DNA of 64,000 nucleotides from an uncultured Candidatus Saccharibacteria bacterium (GCA_964651655.1 CAZYVS010000002.1:29471-93470); one strand, 5' to 3'. Counted from the stretch's first letter, positions 47,406 through 57,342 are shown. Numbers and translations: made by a program. The notes: generated from the letters alone by a model not told the origin.

Positions 47406-48320
47406 TTACTTGATGCCACAGAGTGTTTGTAATTTAACAAGTTCGGTTTTTGATAAGATTCCGGCTTCGCTTTCATTCAAGCGATACATTATGGCCTCCG
47501 AATCATCGACGTGCTCAAGGCCGAGAGCATGTCCGAATTCGTGCGCCAAGACTCGCACCAATTTATCCCGACTACTGAACTCGTAAACGTTAATTTCCTG
47601 CGCCCTTTCATCACTATGATAGATTCCTCCGACAAATGTCTCGCCGCGCGAGGCGCCGATCGTGTTATAAGTTTCCACGTTTAGATTGAGCGAGCGGGCC
47701 AGATTATTGAGCGTTTCCACGAGAGGATTGATCTCCCCGACCAGTTCGTTAAGTTGCGCTTCTAGGGATTTTAATTCTAATATTTCCCGCTCGAGAGCCG
47801 TTCTTTGCGCCTCCAACTGGTCAAATTGTTTCCGAGAAGTTCTCTGTCCCTTATTCCAAGATTCAACCTGTTTTTGATAGACTGCGTTTTTTTCGTTTAA
47901 CGTCTCAACGCGCGCATCATAGATATTTTTAGTATTATTGTATTTTTCTTTCAGGTCAAGATATTTCGCTCGCAATATTTGATACGCTGTCTCATTTTTT
48001 GCCACAACATTCTCAAGATTAGAAAGGGTGCCTGTTGTTTCTTGCCTGTAATCATAGACAAGATTGACTGCCAACTCGCTGTTTTCCGGAGAGTATACGA
48101 AAAGCTCTTTTCCAATTGGCTTTTCCCAAATTGCTTCGGCTTCTGTAAGCGCACTCAAAAAAGTTTGATACGAGATACCAAATTTTCTGTCAAAAGTACC
48201 AACGTTGTAGGCAATCGGTTTTTCACACGCGAGAAAAACTTCAATGGACCTTGGATAACTCCACACGATTATGCCAATTCCGAAAACAAGAATCACAAGC
48301 GCCGCCATTTTAAAGTTCAT
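47406..48320 (-). CDS. Membrane-anchored metzincin (matrixin-like) zinc metalloprotease with a coiled-coil region
   Basis: HEFGHALGLEHVDDSEAIMY (HExxHxxGxxH plus Met-turn) and an N-terminal TM. Confidence 0.7.
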   Translation of the reverse strand: MNFKMAALVILVFGIGIIVWSYPRSIEVFLACEKPIAYNVGTFDRKFGISYQTFLSALTEAEAIWEKPIGKELFVYSPENSELAVNLVYDYRQETTGTLSNLENVVAKNETAYQILRAKYLDLKEKYNNTKNIYDARVETLNEKNAVYQKQVESWNKGQRTSRKQFDQLEAQRTALEREILELKSLEAQLNELVGEINPLVETLNNLARSLNLNVETYNTIGASRGETFVGGIYHSDERAQEINVYEFSSRDKLVRVLAHEFGHALGLEHVDDSEAIMYRLNESEAGILSKTELVKLQTLCGIK

Positions 48321-48324
48321 AAAT

Positions 48325-48897
48325 TTATTTTACTGAATTTTTCAATTCTTTATAGCGAAAGCAGGATTGAATATGGTCGTTAATCATGCCAACCGCCTGC
48401 ATGTGCGCGTAAATAACAGTCGGACCGAGAAATTTGAAACCGCGTTTCTTCAAATCCTTGGCCAGCGCGATCGACTCTTTGGTGATGGCTGGCAAATCTT
48501 CCGAACTTCGGCATTTACCGTCTAGCGGTTGGCCTTTTACAAAACTCCACATATATTTGCTGAAAGTGCCAAACTCCTTTTGCACTTCCAGAAATCTTCC
48601 GGCATTATTAATGGCCGCTTCAATCTTTAATCGGTTTCTGACAATGTTGGCGTTTTTGATGAGTTTAACAATTTTTCCAGCGTCAAACTGCGCCACTAGG
48701 CGCGGTTCAAAACCAGCGAAAGCCTGCCGGTAACCTTCTCTTTTATTCAAGATTGTGAGCCAAGAGAGCCCGGCTTGCGCGCTCTCAAGAATCAGAAACT
48801 CAAAAATCTTTCTGTCGCTCTTCACCGGTTTGCCCCACTCTTGGTCGTGGTATCTTACCATCAAAGGATTGCCCTTTGGCCACGAACAAGTGCCCAC
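48325..48897 (-). CDS. tag: DNA-3-methyladenine glycosylase I
   Basis: CSWPKGNPLMVRYHDQEWGKPV...LESAQAGLSW. Confidence 0.85.
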   Translation of the reverse strand: MGTCSWPKGNPLMVRYHDQEWGKPVKSDRKIFEFLILESAQAGLSWLTILNKREGYRQAFAGFEPRLVAQFDAGKIVKLIKNANIVRNRLKIEAAINNAGRFLEVQKEFGTFSKYMWSFVKGQPLDGKCRSSEDLPAITKESIALAKDLKKRGFKFLGPTVIYAHMQAVGMINDHIQSCFRYKELKNSVK

Positions 48898-48901
48898 GGA
48901 G

Positions 48902-49081
48902 TTATTTCTTATTATCTGTTTTTTTATTTTTACCGGGAAGAATACGGTACATACCCGTACCGCAAACTGGGCACTTGCCCTTGGCGGCCGGACGGCCGGG
49001 TTTTATCTCAACTTTCTTCGCATCCTTCATCTCGCGCTTTGTTTTACACTTCACACAATATCCAATGACTTTTTCGTCCAT
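48902..49081 (-). CDS. Small zinc-ribbon protein (59 aa; not in the ORF track)
   Basis: Manual translation gives MDEKVIGYCVKCKTKREMKDAKKVEIKPGRPAAKGKCPVCGTGMYRILPGKNKKTDNKK, with CxxC...CxxC. Confidence 0.5.
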   Translation of the reverse strand: MDEKVIGYCVKCKTKREMKDAKKVEIKPGRPAAKGKCPVCGTGMYRILPGKNKKTDNKK

Positions 49082-49128
49082 AAATTATATATAAATGATT
49101 AAATATGGTACCGGTTGTTATTATATCA

Positions 49129-49179
49129 TAGGAAAAGCCCCGCGCCACGACCTGTAAAGACAGGTCCGGCGCGGGGCTT
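49129..49179 (-). terminator. Strong Rho-independent terminator after the REC gene
   Basis: AAGCCCCGCGCC...GGCGCGGGGCTT long stem followed on the minus strand by TTTTCC. Confidence 0.65.
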
Positions 49180-49184
49180 ATAGA

Positions 49185-49571
49185 CTAGGAACTGCCGGCA
49201 TCCGAGAGCAGAGCGACTAGACCGTTCACCGAGAACGGCTTTGACAAAAAGCATGCATCATACTTGACGCACATTTCCTCCAGCTCTTCTTGGCCACCCC
49301 CACTCATGAGAATGAACGGGGTTTGAGCAATGGGTCTAGGGTCGTTACGGATGTTAAGCAACAACCCAATTCCATTCATCTCCGGCATGTTGTAGTCCGA
49401 GATGATGATGTCAAACTTCTCTCCTCGATTAAGAAGTTCCCACGCCTCTTTGCCGTCGCTGGCTGTTACAACATCGTAACAGCCATCGTCTAGTATGGTC
49501 GCGATCGACACCAAGACACTCTCGGTGTCATCCACCACCAAAATTCTTGTCTTAGCTTTCATAGCTTTCAT
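49185..49571 (-). CDS. Stand-alone response-regulator receiver (CheY-like) protein
   Basis: RILVVDDTESV...DIIISDYNMPEMNG...LMSGGG. Confidence 0.8.
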   Translation of the reverse strand: MKAMKAKTRILVVDDTESVLVSIATILDDGCYDVVTASDGKEAWELLNRGEKFDIIISDYNMPEMNGIGLLLNIRNDPRPIAQTPFILMSGGGQEELEEMCVKYDACFLSKPFSVNGLVALLSDAGSS

Positions 49572-49641
49572 ACGGCCTCCATTTCTGTTGTTAGACTAAA
49601 ACTCTGTCTAGTGATGAGATTACCACGGTTATATAAGAAAG

Positions 49642-50115
49642 TCAAATAGATGAAAATAAGGTGATTATTCCCATAGTCGTCAGAACCACTATCACTCCGG
49701 CTATTACCACACCGAGAAATATCAGAGGAACCGCCTTACGAAAGGGGATGCCAAATACATACGCCACGAGAGAAGCCGTCCAGACGCCGGTAAATGGCAG
49801 GGGTATTGCCACCAGTACCACAAGAGTAAATTCTTTTAATCTTGCAAATTTCTGTTCATGATTATTTCTAGTTCTACTTAAAAAGGAGGAGAAAGTTTTT
49901 CTAAATAAATCAGATTTTTCTGAAAGAAAATCGCCGATCGCGCCGATTAGCGGCACTAGAAAAAAAGCCGGGACCATATTACCGATAACCGCTACGAAAA
50001 AAGCCATCCAAGCAGAAAAGCCGTAAACCGTCATGGCAACAGGAATCGCTCCTCTAAGTTCCACGACCGGCAACATGGAGATGATGAGAATATATATTAT
50101 CTCGGATATCATCAT
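49642..50115 (-). CDS. Small multidrug-export-like membrane protein (PF06695-like)
   Basis: ELRGAIP signature near the N-terminus and 4 TM segments. Confidence 0.6.
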   Translation of the reverse strand: MMISEIIYILIISMLPVVELRGAIPVAMTVYGFSAWMAFFVAVIGNMVPAFFLVPLIGAIGDFLSEKSDLFRKTFSSFLSRTRNNHEQKFARLKEFTLVVLVAIPLPFTGVWTASLVAYVFGIPFRKAVPLIFLGVVIAGVIVVLTTMGIITLFSSI

Positions 50116-50237
50116 GTTATCTTATCAGATTTAAATTATTACCCCTATTTATTAATTTACAATGATATTATTTTTTTATACATAATAATAACGCTATAGC
50201 TTTTTTATTATGTATATTGGATATGTATCTTATTAAA

Positions 50238-50279
50238 TTTTATAAAAAAGAAGGCGGCGCGATCGGAAGATCGCGCCGC
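50238..50279 (-). terminator. Rho-independent terminator after the hypothetical gene 50310-50909
   Basis: GCGGCGCGATC-gga-GATCGCGCCGC followed on the minus strand by TTCTTTTTTATAAAATTT. Confidence 0.65.
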
Positions 50280-50309
50280 TACATTCGCAACCAACGGGGA
50301 GGAATGAGC

Positions 50310-50909
50310 TTATCCCGTTGCCAGCATGGCGGGATGTGCATATGGCATCTCACTCGCACACGGCAAACTCTTGATTGCTCTCAAGAGTTTGCCGAGTTGA
50401 TCCGATTCATATATCTCGGGCACCCCCACACAGACCTTGAGAAATCCGTTGTCAGCCAAATGGACGAGAATCGCCCAATTTGGGCCGAAGGTTGAGCGAG
50501 GGGTTGAAGTCGGCGCTTCGGTAATCAGGTATTTCTCCCGACTGCCATCCCATTGTGATTTAATAGGACTTAACACCCAATTACCTATCACATTCCACAA
50601 TGGTTCATGTTCTAAAAAATGCATCCTTATGATACCCCTCGACCACCCTTTACTGATGAGAATCTTGATAATCGGATCAAGTGTTGGATCATCCTTGCCC
50701 ATGGATTTGGCACACACATTGAGATCATAAGCACCAAAACCTCTGTATTTGTAAGAAACTACAACTAAACCTTCTGTCAATGCTATATGCCACGGGGCAC
50801 CGAGATTATCGACACAAAGTACATACTGACCACGATCCCATTGTTCAGCCACCATTACAAAACTAGGTTCGCGAAAATGATGATGAACAGCTTTCACATT
50901 TATTAACAT
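50310..50909 (-). CDS. Hypothetical protein (199 aa), GC-richer, with a strong SD (GGGAGG)
   Basis: Intact ORF with a strong RBS and its own terminator; no recognisable motifs. Confidence 0.45.
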   Translation of the reverse strand: MLINVKAVHHHFREPSFVMVAEQWDRGQYVLCVDNLGAPWHIALTEGLVVVSYKYRGFGAYDLNVCAKSMGKDDPTLDPIIKILISKGWSRGIIRMHFLEHEPLWNVIGNWVLSPIKSQWDGSREKYLITEAPTSTPRSTFGPNWAILVHLADNGFLKVCVGVPEIYESDQLGKLLRAIKSLPCASEMPYAHPAMLATG

Positions 50910-51040
50910 AGAAACCTCCCATAATTAGGTTCATTTATTTGTCCAATCTAAAGAACTTAATATCATAAAATAACACAAATCACAAATCACAAATCCAGGA
51001 TGTATTAAATTTGTCTCATAAAATGGCAGTTCAAGCACTT

Positions 51041-51116
51041 TGGTGGACCGTGGGAGATTCGAACTCCCGACCTCCACATTGCAAATGTGGCGCTCTACCA
51101 ACTAAGCTAACGGCCC
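51041..51116 (-). tRNA. tRNA-Ala (anticodon TGC), with CCA encoded
   Basis: Reverse complement: GGGCCGT-TA-GCTTAGTTGGTAGAGC-G-CCACA-TTTGCAA-TGTGG-AGGTC-GGGAG-TTCGAAT-CTCCC-ACGGTCC-A-CCA, with G3:U70. Confidence 0.85.
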
Positions 51117-51194
51117 ACCGCAATGCTCGATAATTTTCAATTCGCAATAATACTAGACAAACCACCTAAAATCAATCAAAATAATGAAAAACTT

Positions 51195-51267
51195 GGGCCT
51201 GTAGCTCAATTGGTAGAGCGCAGCTATGGCATAGCTGAGGTAAGGGGATCGTAGCCCCTCAGGTCCA
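51195..51267 (+). tRNA. tRNA-Ala (anticodon GGC) with an atypical T-loop
   Basis: GGGCCTG-TA-GCTCAATTGGTAGAGC-G-CAGCT-ATGGCAT-AGCTG-AGGTA-AGGGG-ATCGTAG-CCCCT-CAGGTCC-A, with G3:U70. The T-loop has A54/T58 where T54/A58 is usual. Confidence 0.7.
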
Positions 51268-51268
51268 C

Positions 51269-51916
51269 ATGAAAATGAATACGAGTAACCTTTCGCATCT
51301 CATCGCCACGATTCTCTCCATTGTCGGTTTATCTTCGCTGGTAACATTGGCCGCTATCAAAGCAACAACAATTTACGTAGTAGCATTTTCTGTTTTTGGT
51401 GCAGGTCTTATTCTGTTATATCTCGCAAGCACGATCTACCATTTCATTCCTCACGAACACCCCCGCAAAGATTTTTTCAAAATACTTGATCGTTCAATGA
51501 TTTACGTTCTTATCGCCGGTTCATATACTCCTCTAGCGCTTCTTGTTCTTCCTCCGGCGTGGGGATGGAGCATCTTTGGCACAATCTGGGGACTCGCGGT
51601 TATCGGCATATCTTTGAAAATTTTTCGCGTGCGAACACCGAGATGGTTACCAACGTTTATGTATCTTCTCATGGGTTGGCTGATCGTTATCGCCTTAGCA
51701 CCGCTTCGCGCATTGCTCCCTGCGACTGGAATGTTTTGGCTTGTGGCAGGTGGAATTTTTTATACTATCGGAACTATATTCTTTGCCATTTCCTCTCATA
51801 AAAACTACCAACCGAGATATAAGTGGTTCACATTCCATGACGCCTTTCATGTGCTGGCGATGGGCGGTAGCATAAGCCATTTCTGGCTTATGTTTCATTT
51901 CATACTACCAGGATAG
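51269..51916 (+). CDS. Hemolysin-III/PAQR family membrane protein
   Basis: 7-TM protein with the ...HDAFHVLAMGGSISHF motif. Confidence 0.8.
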   Translation: MKMNTSNLSHLIATILSIVGLSSLVTLAAIKATTIYVVAFSVFGAGLILLYLASTIYHFIPHEHPRKDFFKILDRSMIYVLIAGSYTPLALLVLPPAWGWSIFGTIWGLAVIGISLKIFRVRTPRWLPTFMYLLMGWLIVIALAPLRALLPATGMFWLVAGGIFYTIGTIFFAISSHKNYQPRYKWFTFHDAFHVLAMGGSISHFWLMFHFILPG

Positions 51917-52001
51917 AAAATTATGATTGACACACAGTCGTATTAATGCCAGTATACTGTCCAGACTTAATCGAATTGTTGGGGTAGAAAGGAGAATACC
52001 G

Positions 52002-52451
52002 ATGCAGAGAGAACATAAGCAGACAAAACTAGGAAGGATTTTTCGAGCACGTAGAAAAGAACTCGGCCTCACGCTTGAAAGATGTGCCGAGAAATTAGGT
52101 TTCAGTTCTAGACAAGCAATAAGTCAGATGGAGTTGGGATTAAATCGGTTCGGTAATAACCAAAGACTCGAATGTCTCGCCCAATTTCTCGGACTCAATG
52201 TTGATAGTCTACGAGCTGTTAGGCCTAAAAGAAGACTATGTCAGAAAAAGAGAGGGACTCCGTTGGGTGATTTCCTAACAAAACAACGGCTGAAAAACCA
52301 TCTCACTCAAGAGAAGGTGGTTAAAAGGGCCGGGATCGGAAAATTTTTATCGGATATAGAGCGGGGAAAAGCGCATCCAAAGCGTTCAACCCTACAGAAA
52401 GTTGCCTGGGCTCTGGAATGTAAAATTCCAGAGAAACTCATGACCAGATGA
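52002..52451 (+). CDS. XRE-family transcriptional regulator with two HTH_3 domains
   Basis: LGRIFRARRKELGLTLERCAEKLGFSSRQAISQMELG and LGDFLTKQRLKNHLTQEKVVKRAGI...IERGK. SD AAAGGAG upstream. Confidence 0.7.
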   Translation: MQREHKQTKLGRIFRARRKELGLTLERCAEKLGFSSRQAISQMELGLNRFGNNQRLECLAQFLGLNVDSLRAVRPKRRLCQKKRGTPLGDFLTKQRLKNHLTQEKVVKRAGIGKFLSDIERGKAHPKRSTLQKVAWALECKIPEKLMTR

Positions 52452-52459
52452 AATTTTGA

Positions 52460-52500
52460 GGGCCCGCAACTCCTTCGGGGTTGCGGGCCCCTTTTGTTTT
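52460..52500 (+). terminator. Rho-independent terminator
   Basis: GGGCCCGCAACCCC-ttcg-GGGGTTGCGGGCCC followed by CTTTTGTTTT. Confidence 0.7.
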
Positions 52501-52504
52501 CCTA

Positions 52505-53407
52505 TCACATCGCGAGTTTAATAACATGGTCAACAAAATCGCGAGAACGCCAACCGGTGGCGCGCAGCGAATGATACATCAAAGAGTCTCCGTGTAGCGC
52601 CGGCAACGGATCGGTCTTTAGTATATAGATTTTCTTCTTGGGTGAAATGATAAAATCGGAACTGGAGTAATGAGAAAGTCCCAATATTTCGTGCGCCCGC
52701 TTCGCCATCTTTTCTATTTCCTTGCTTAGCGATCCGTCTAGGCGGCGGGTCGGCGAAGCGGGTAAAAGCGCGTAGATTTTTTCCCCTCTGGCATTTTCTA
52801 TTATCGTGCAATTCGCATCTTCGCCCTTGATAAATTCTTCAACCAGTACTCGCGGTGAAAAAGTAAAGGCTTTTTTAATTGATTCTTTAAGTTCGTTGAA
52901 CGTATACGCCAAAGAGATTTCATGAACATGGCGAACCGGTTTGACTACTATTGGCGGGAGCTGGTTTCTAAAAATATTAATCAATTTGGTGTCATTTAAA
53001 GTGTTTTCGGTGAGAAGTTCATGCGCTGGAGTAAGCAGAGAATATTTTCTGTACAAATGTTTAGCCATATCTCGATTCATAGCAAGAGATGAAGTTACAG
53101 CGCTTGAACCAGTGAATGGAATCCTAAGTCTGTCAAAAATTTTTTGCACTTGATTGCCCGCTTCGTAGAAACCATGAAGCGCATTCCAAACGACATCAAC
53201 ATATCGGAGCGCGCGATGCGGTTCATAAACTAATCCTTCGCGATGCCATTCACCGTCTTTGGAAATAAAAACATCCAGCGGTTCATAGGTTTCCGACATG
53301 TCCCGTAATGCCGAAAGAATGTGTTCGCCCATCTTTAGAGAAGCATCATATCCATCCGACAAACCGCCGCGCAAGACAGCCACTCTAATCTTAGAAGAAA
53401 GATTCAT
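52505..53407 (-). CDS. ddl: D-alanine--D-alanine ligase (ATP-grasp)
   Basis: IRVAVLRGGLSDGYDASLKMG at the N-terminus and an ATP-grasp C-terminus; about 300 aa. Confidence 0.7.
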   Translation of the reverse strand: MNLSSKIRVAVLRGGLSDGYDASLKMGEHILSALRDMSETYEPLDVFISKDGEWHREGLVYEPHRALRYVDVVWNALHGFYEAGNQVQKIFDRLRIPFTGSSAVTSSLAMNRDMAKHLYRKYSLLTPAHELLTENTLNDTKLINIFRNQLPPIVVKPVRHVHEISLAYTFNELKESIKKAFTFSPRVLVEEFIKGEDANCTIIENARGEKIYALLPASPTRRLDGSLSKEIEKMAKRAHEILGLSHYSSSDFIISPKKKIYILKTDPLPALHGDSLMYHSLRATGWRSRDFVDHVIKLAM

Positions 53408-53415
53408 GAGTTAAA

Positions 53416-54621
53416 TTATACCCCAAATTTTTTTCCGCGTAATTTTCTATGATAACCGATGGCAAATCGATGCGCTTCGGCATTAGCAAGTAAAATCAAC
53501 TTGGTCAAAGCTCGGCTTTGACCATTTCCAAGAATTTCTCGGGCTTTGTGTCTTTCATCTTTGATTACGGACACTACGTGTATGTCTAAGTTGGCCTTTT
53601 TTATCACTTTTTGGGCGATATTTATCTGACTCTTTCCGCCATCTACCACAATTAGATTGGGTAATGGCCACTCTTGATGAGCAAGTCTCCTTGTTAGTAA
53701 TTCCTTCAGATTGGCAATATCATTATTACTGTCTAGTCGAATTTTAAATTTTCTATACTGATTTTTATTTAACTCGCCATCTTCCACTACCGTCATCGCT
53801 CCCACCGTATGTGTGCCGGAGATATGCGCGATATCGTAGGCTTCGATCCTGAATTTGGTTGTTGGTTGTTTGTTGTTAGTTGTTAAGTTTTGTTTTATAA
53901 GCGCAATATCCTGAATGTGTTGAAGGGCAAAAATTTGTTTCTTTACTTTCCCCGCTTTTTCAAATTTGTGTTCTTTGGCCAAAATTTTCATCTCCCTTTC
54001 CAGCGACCTTATGAGCTTAAGTTTCTTGCCTTCAAAGAAAAGTTTAATATGTCTGATAATTTTCCGATACTCCGTTTCGGAAACCGAACCGGCACAGACG
54101 CCCGGGCATAGGCCGAGTTGGGCATTAAAACACGGTTTATTCCGCCCGGGTTTGCATTTATCTCTGTATGGAAAAATTTTTCTAACAATCTTAAGCGCCT
54201 CTTTTAATTCTCCCCCATAAGGAAAAGGGCCATAATGACCAGAGCCACGAGTAATAACTACTTTTGGAAAATCTTCTTTAGTAAAGGTGATGTAGTTGTA
54301 ACTCTTATCATCTTTTGCTTTAGAATTGTAGATTGGCTGATGTTTTTTAATCTCACTTGCCTCTAGAATTAACGCCTCAAGTACCGAATCTGTCTTAATA
54401 AATTCAATTTTTTTAGCTTCTTCAAGCATCTTAATAATAAGCGGTCCCCGAGTGTCAAAGATCGTCTTTGACATATAGCTTTTGACTCTATCTTTGAGAC
54501 TTGTCGCCTTACCAATATAGAGAATGTTTCGGTCGCCTCCGCTTAGCTTCGGCGTACCAAGGAAAAAATATACTCCGGGAGAGTCGGGTAATTTATATTT
54601 CTTGATATCTATACTTTTCAT
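53416..54621 (-). CDS. uvrC: Excinuclease ABC subunit C (short; no C-terminal HhH domain)
   Basis: GIY-YIG (GVYFFLG...ILYIGKATSLKDRVKSY), a UVR motif, and the RNase-H-like VVDGGKSQ region. Confidence 0.8.
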   Translation of the reverse strand: MKSIDIKKYKLPDSPGVYFFLGTPKLSGGDRNILYIGKATSLKDRVKSYMSKTIFDTRGPLIIKMLEEAKKIEFIKTDSVLEALILEASEIKKHQPIYNSKAKDDKSYNYITFTKEDFPKVVITRGSGHYGPFPYGGELKEALKIVRKIFPYRDKCKPGRNKPCFNAQLGLCPGVCAGSVSETEYRKIIRHIKLFFEGKKLKLIRSLEREMKILAKEHKFEKAGKVKKQIFALQHIQDIALIKQNLTTNNKQPTTKFRIEAYDIAHISGTHTVGAMTVVEDGELNKNQYRKFKIRLDSNNDIANLKELLTRRLAHQEWPLPNLIVVDGGKSQINIAQKVIKKANLDIHVVSVIKDERHKAREILGNGQSRALTKLILLANAEAHRFAIGYHRKLRGKKFGV

Positions 54622-54622
54622 T

Positions 54623-57202
54623 TTATTTTTTGCGTAGAACTTTGCGCAAATATTTCCCCGTATGCGTATCGGTATTCGCTACTTCTTCCGGAGTACCTTG
54701 AGCCACTAGTTGGCCTCCTTCATCGCCAGCCTCCGGACCAATATCGAGAATATGGTCTGCGCTTTTTATGAAGTCGAGGTTGTGCTCGATCACCACGACA
54801 GTATGACCTTTGTCCACTAGCTTCTGGAGAATTTCTATCAACTTTTTAACATCTTCATAATGAAGACCGATGGTCGGCTCATCAAGAAGATAAATTGTTT
54901 TTTGCAAATGCGGACGATAAAGTTCTGAAGCAATTTTGACCCTTTGCGCTTCCCCGCCGGAAAGTGTGGTGGCGGACTGGCCGAGACACAGATAACCTAA
55001 ACCGACATCATTTAGACTTTTAAGTCTATCGTAAATCGCCGGAATATCTTCAAAAAACGCAAGCGCTTCCTCTATAGTCATTTCAAGAATATCGTAGATA
55101 TTTTTGTGTTTATATTTCACTTCCAGAGTTTCTTTCATGAAGCGTTTACCGTTACAAACATCGCACGGCACATAAACAGTCGGTAGAAAATGCATTTCCA
55201 CTTCAATCATACCGTTACCCTGACAAGTCTCGCATCTACCCCCTTTCACGTTGAAAGAAAATCTATTGGCTCTCCAGCCGCGTGCGCGAGCTTCCACAGT
55301 TTCAGCAAAAAGTTCACGGATAAAAGTAAAAGCCCCAGTGTAGGTGGCCGGATTTGAACGCGGGGTTCGGCCAATTGGTGATTGATCTATTAATATTGAA
55401 CGACCTAAATATTCTGCACCCTCAAAGGATTGGCAGTTATACGTATCGGTGCTTCGATAACGCCGGTCAAATCGAGCTTGGAGATTTTTGTGGAGAATCT
55501 CGTAGACAAAAGAAGATTTACCGGAACCCGAAACACCAGTCACCGCTATCAGTCGGCCAAGCGGAATATCAACATTGAGATGCTTGATATTAAATATAGC
55601 ACCGGCGCGAATGGACAGTTTGCCCTTCTCCGCCTTTCTGCGTTTATCCGGAATTTCAATACTTTTTTCGCTACGTAAATAGGAAAGAGTTAAGGATTGG
55701 CTTTCATTTTTCCCCGCCTGCCGGGCCTGGCGGGCAGGTTTGCTAAAAAGTAAATCTTCTAGGTATCCAGATGCAACAATATGCCCGCCGTGAATACCAG
55801 CCCCAGGACCGATATCCACCAGAAAGTCGGATGAATAAATGGTCTCTTCGTCATGTTCAACCACAATAATAGTATTGCCTAGGTCACGTAAATTCAGAAG
55901 TGTTTTGATTAAACGAGCATTGTCGCGAGCATGAAGACCGATAGTCGGCTCATCAAGCACATAAAGCGCGCCAACGAGACCAGAACCGAGTTGCGAAGCG
56001 AGGCGGATACGCTGAGCTTCCCCGCCGGAGAGTGTGTGAGCTCTGCGATCAAGCGAGAGGTACTCAATACCGACATTAAGCATGAAAGAGAGACGCGCTT
56101 CTATTTCTTTCGTCACTACTTTGGAGATATTTTTTTCGCGGATAGTCAGTTTCAGTTTTTTGAAAAATTCATCGCAATCTTTGATAGACAAAGAGGTTAG
56201 TTCCACGACATTTTTGCCTCCCACCAAAACACTCAATGCTTCCTTTCGAAGCCGCTTACCAAAACAGACTTCACACGGTTCGGTACCAAAAAAATATTTA
56301 GTACCGAGACCGTTGCATTCCGGACACGCGCCATAGGGAGAGTTGAAAGAAAATAACCGCGGTTCTATTTCTGGGAAGGAAAAGCCGTCTCTCGGACAAG
56401 CCCATTTTGCTGACATAAGAAATTCCTCGTCTTTAAATTTAGCAACAAGCAGTTCATCCGATTCGTCGAGCGCTTTTTCTATAGCCTCTACCAAGCGTTC
56501 GTTGACATTTTTCTCATCTGTTTGAAATTCAGACAGTTTTATAGTGTCTATCAGAACGGAGATTTCGTGTTTCTTGGTCTTAGTCAAAATAATTCTTTCT
56601 CGAAGTGATTTTTTGACACCATCAACCAAAACCTCGCTATAACCCTTGCCCAACAAATCATAGAGAAGCTGGTAATATTCTCCTTTCCTCCCTCGAACTA
56701 CGGGAGAAAAGATTTCGATCTGGCTTTTGGGATAATTTTCTTGCTTTTCGTCAATCTTTTCCAAAACAAAGTTCTTGATCTCTTCATTCGAAAGTTTTTT
56801 TATTTCATGGCCACAAACCAAACAATGCGGTCTGCCAATACGCGCGTAGAGAATGCGCAGATAATCATAAATTTCCGTGATAGTTGCCACTGTTGAACGC
56901 GGATTATTAGAGCGAGATTTCTGGTCAATCGAGATGGCCGGCGAAAGACCGGAGATTTCATCAACATCGGGCTTTTGCATCTGGCGCAGAAATTGTCTGG
57001 CATAAGAAGAAAGCGATTCCACATAACGTCTCTGTCCTTCGGCAAAAATAGTGTCGAAAGCAAGCGAAGACTTGCCTGAACCGGAAAGACCGGTAAAAAC
57101 GATCATCTTGTTGCGCGGCATCTCCACAGTAATGTTTTTTAAATTATGCGTCCGCGCGCCCCTAACAATGATTAAATCTTCTTTTGAATGTTTTTTATCC
57201 AT
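54623..57202 (-). CDS. uvrA: Excinuclease ABC subunit A
   Basis: Tandem ABC ATPase domains with zinc fingers (GLSGSGKSSLAFDT...). Confidence 0.9.
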   Translation of the reverse strand: MDKKHSKEDLIIVRGARTHNLKNITVEMPRNKMIVFTGLSGSGKSSLAFDTIFAEGQRRYVESLSSYARQFLRQMQKPDVDEISGLSPAISIDQKSRSNNPRSTVATITEIYDYLRILYARIGRPHCLVCGHEIKKLSNEEIKNFVLEKIDEKQENYPKSQIEIFSPVVRGRKGEYYQLLYDLLGKGYSEVLVDGVKKSLRERIILTKTKKHEISVLIDTIKLSEFQTDEKNVNERLVEAIEKALDESDELLVAKFKDEEFLMSAKWACPRDGFSFPEIEPRLFSFNSPYGACPECNGLGTKYFFGTEPCEVCFGKRLRKEALSVLVGGKNVVELTSLSIKDCDEFFKKLKLTIREKNISKVVTKEIEARLSFMLNVGIEYLSLDRRAHTLSGGEAQRIRLASQLGSGLVGALYVLDEPTIGLHARDNARLIKTLLNLRDLGNTIIVVEHDEETIYSSDFLVDIGPGAGIHGGHIVASGYLEDLLFSKPARQARQAGKNESQSLTLSYLRSEKSIEIPDKRRKAEKGKLSIRAGAIFNIKHLNVDIPLGRLIAVTGVSGSGKSSFVYEILHKNLQARFDRRYRSTDTYNCQSFEGAEYLGRSILIDQSPIGRTPRSNPATYTGAFTFIRELFAETVEARARGWRANRFSFNVKGGRCETCQGNGMIEVEMHFLPTVYVPCDVCNGKRFMKETLEVKYKHKNIYDILEMTIEEALAFFEDIPAIYDRLKSLNDVGLGYLCLGQSATTLSGGEAQRVKIASELYRPHLQKTIYLLDEPTIGLHYEDVKKLIEILQKLVDKGHTVVVIEHNLDFIKSADHILDIGPEAGDEGGQLVAQGTPEEVANTDTHTGKYLRKVLRKK

Positions 57203-57310
57203 AATAAATAAATAGAAAGACGCCCTAAGTTGACCCATAGGGTGAAGATACCCATGCTATCACATCCAGAAGTGCTCTCCAAACTCAAAATCTAAAAATT
57301 AATAATTAAT

Positions 57311-57342
57311 AACATAACATACGATATATCGTATGTTATGTT
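57311..57342. promoter_or_regulatory. Perfect 32-bp palindrome between uvrA and the TrpR-like gene
   Basis: AACATAACATACGATAT|ATATCGTATGTTATGTT. A half-site-like copy (ATATCGTATGTTAT) lies at 57775-57788, upstream of the TrpR-like gene. Confidence 0.55.

Noticed and set aside
50181-50220. AT-rich inverted repeat TACATAATAA...TTATTATGTA near 50200
   Set aside because: It lies in an AT-rich intergenic region where such low-complexity palindromes arise easily. It recurs nowhere else and adjoins a clear intrinsic terminator, so it is probably incidental.
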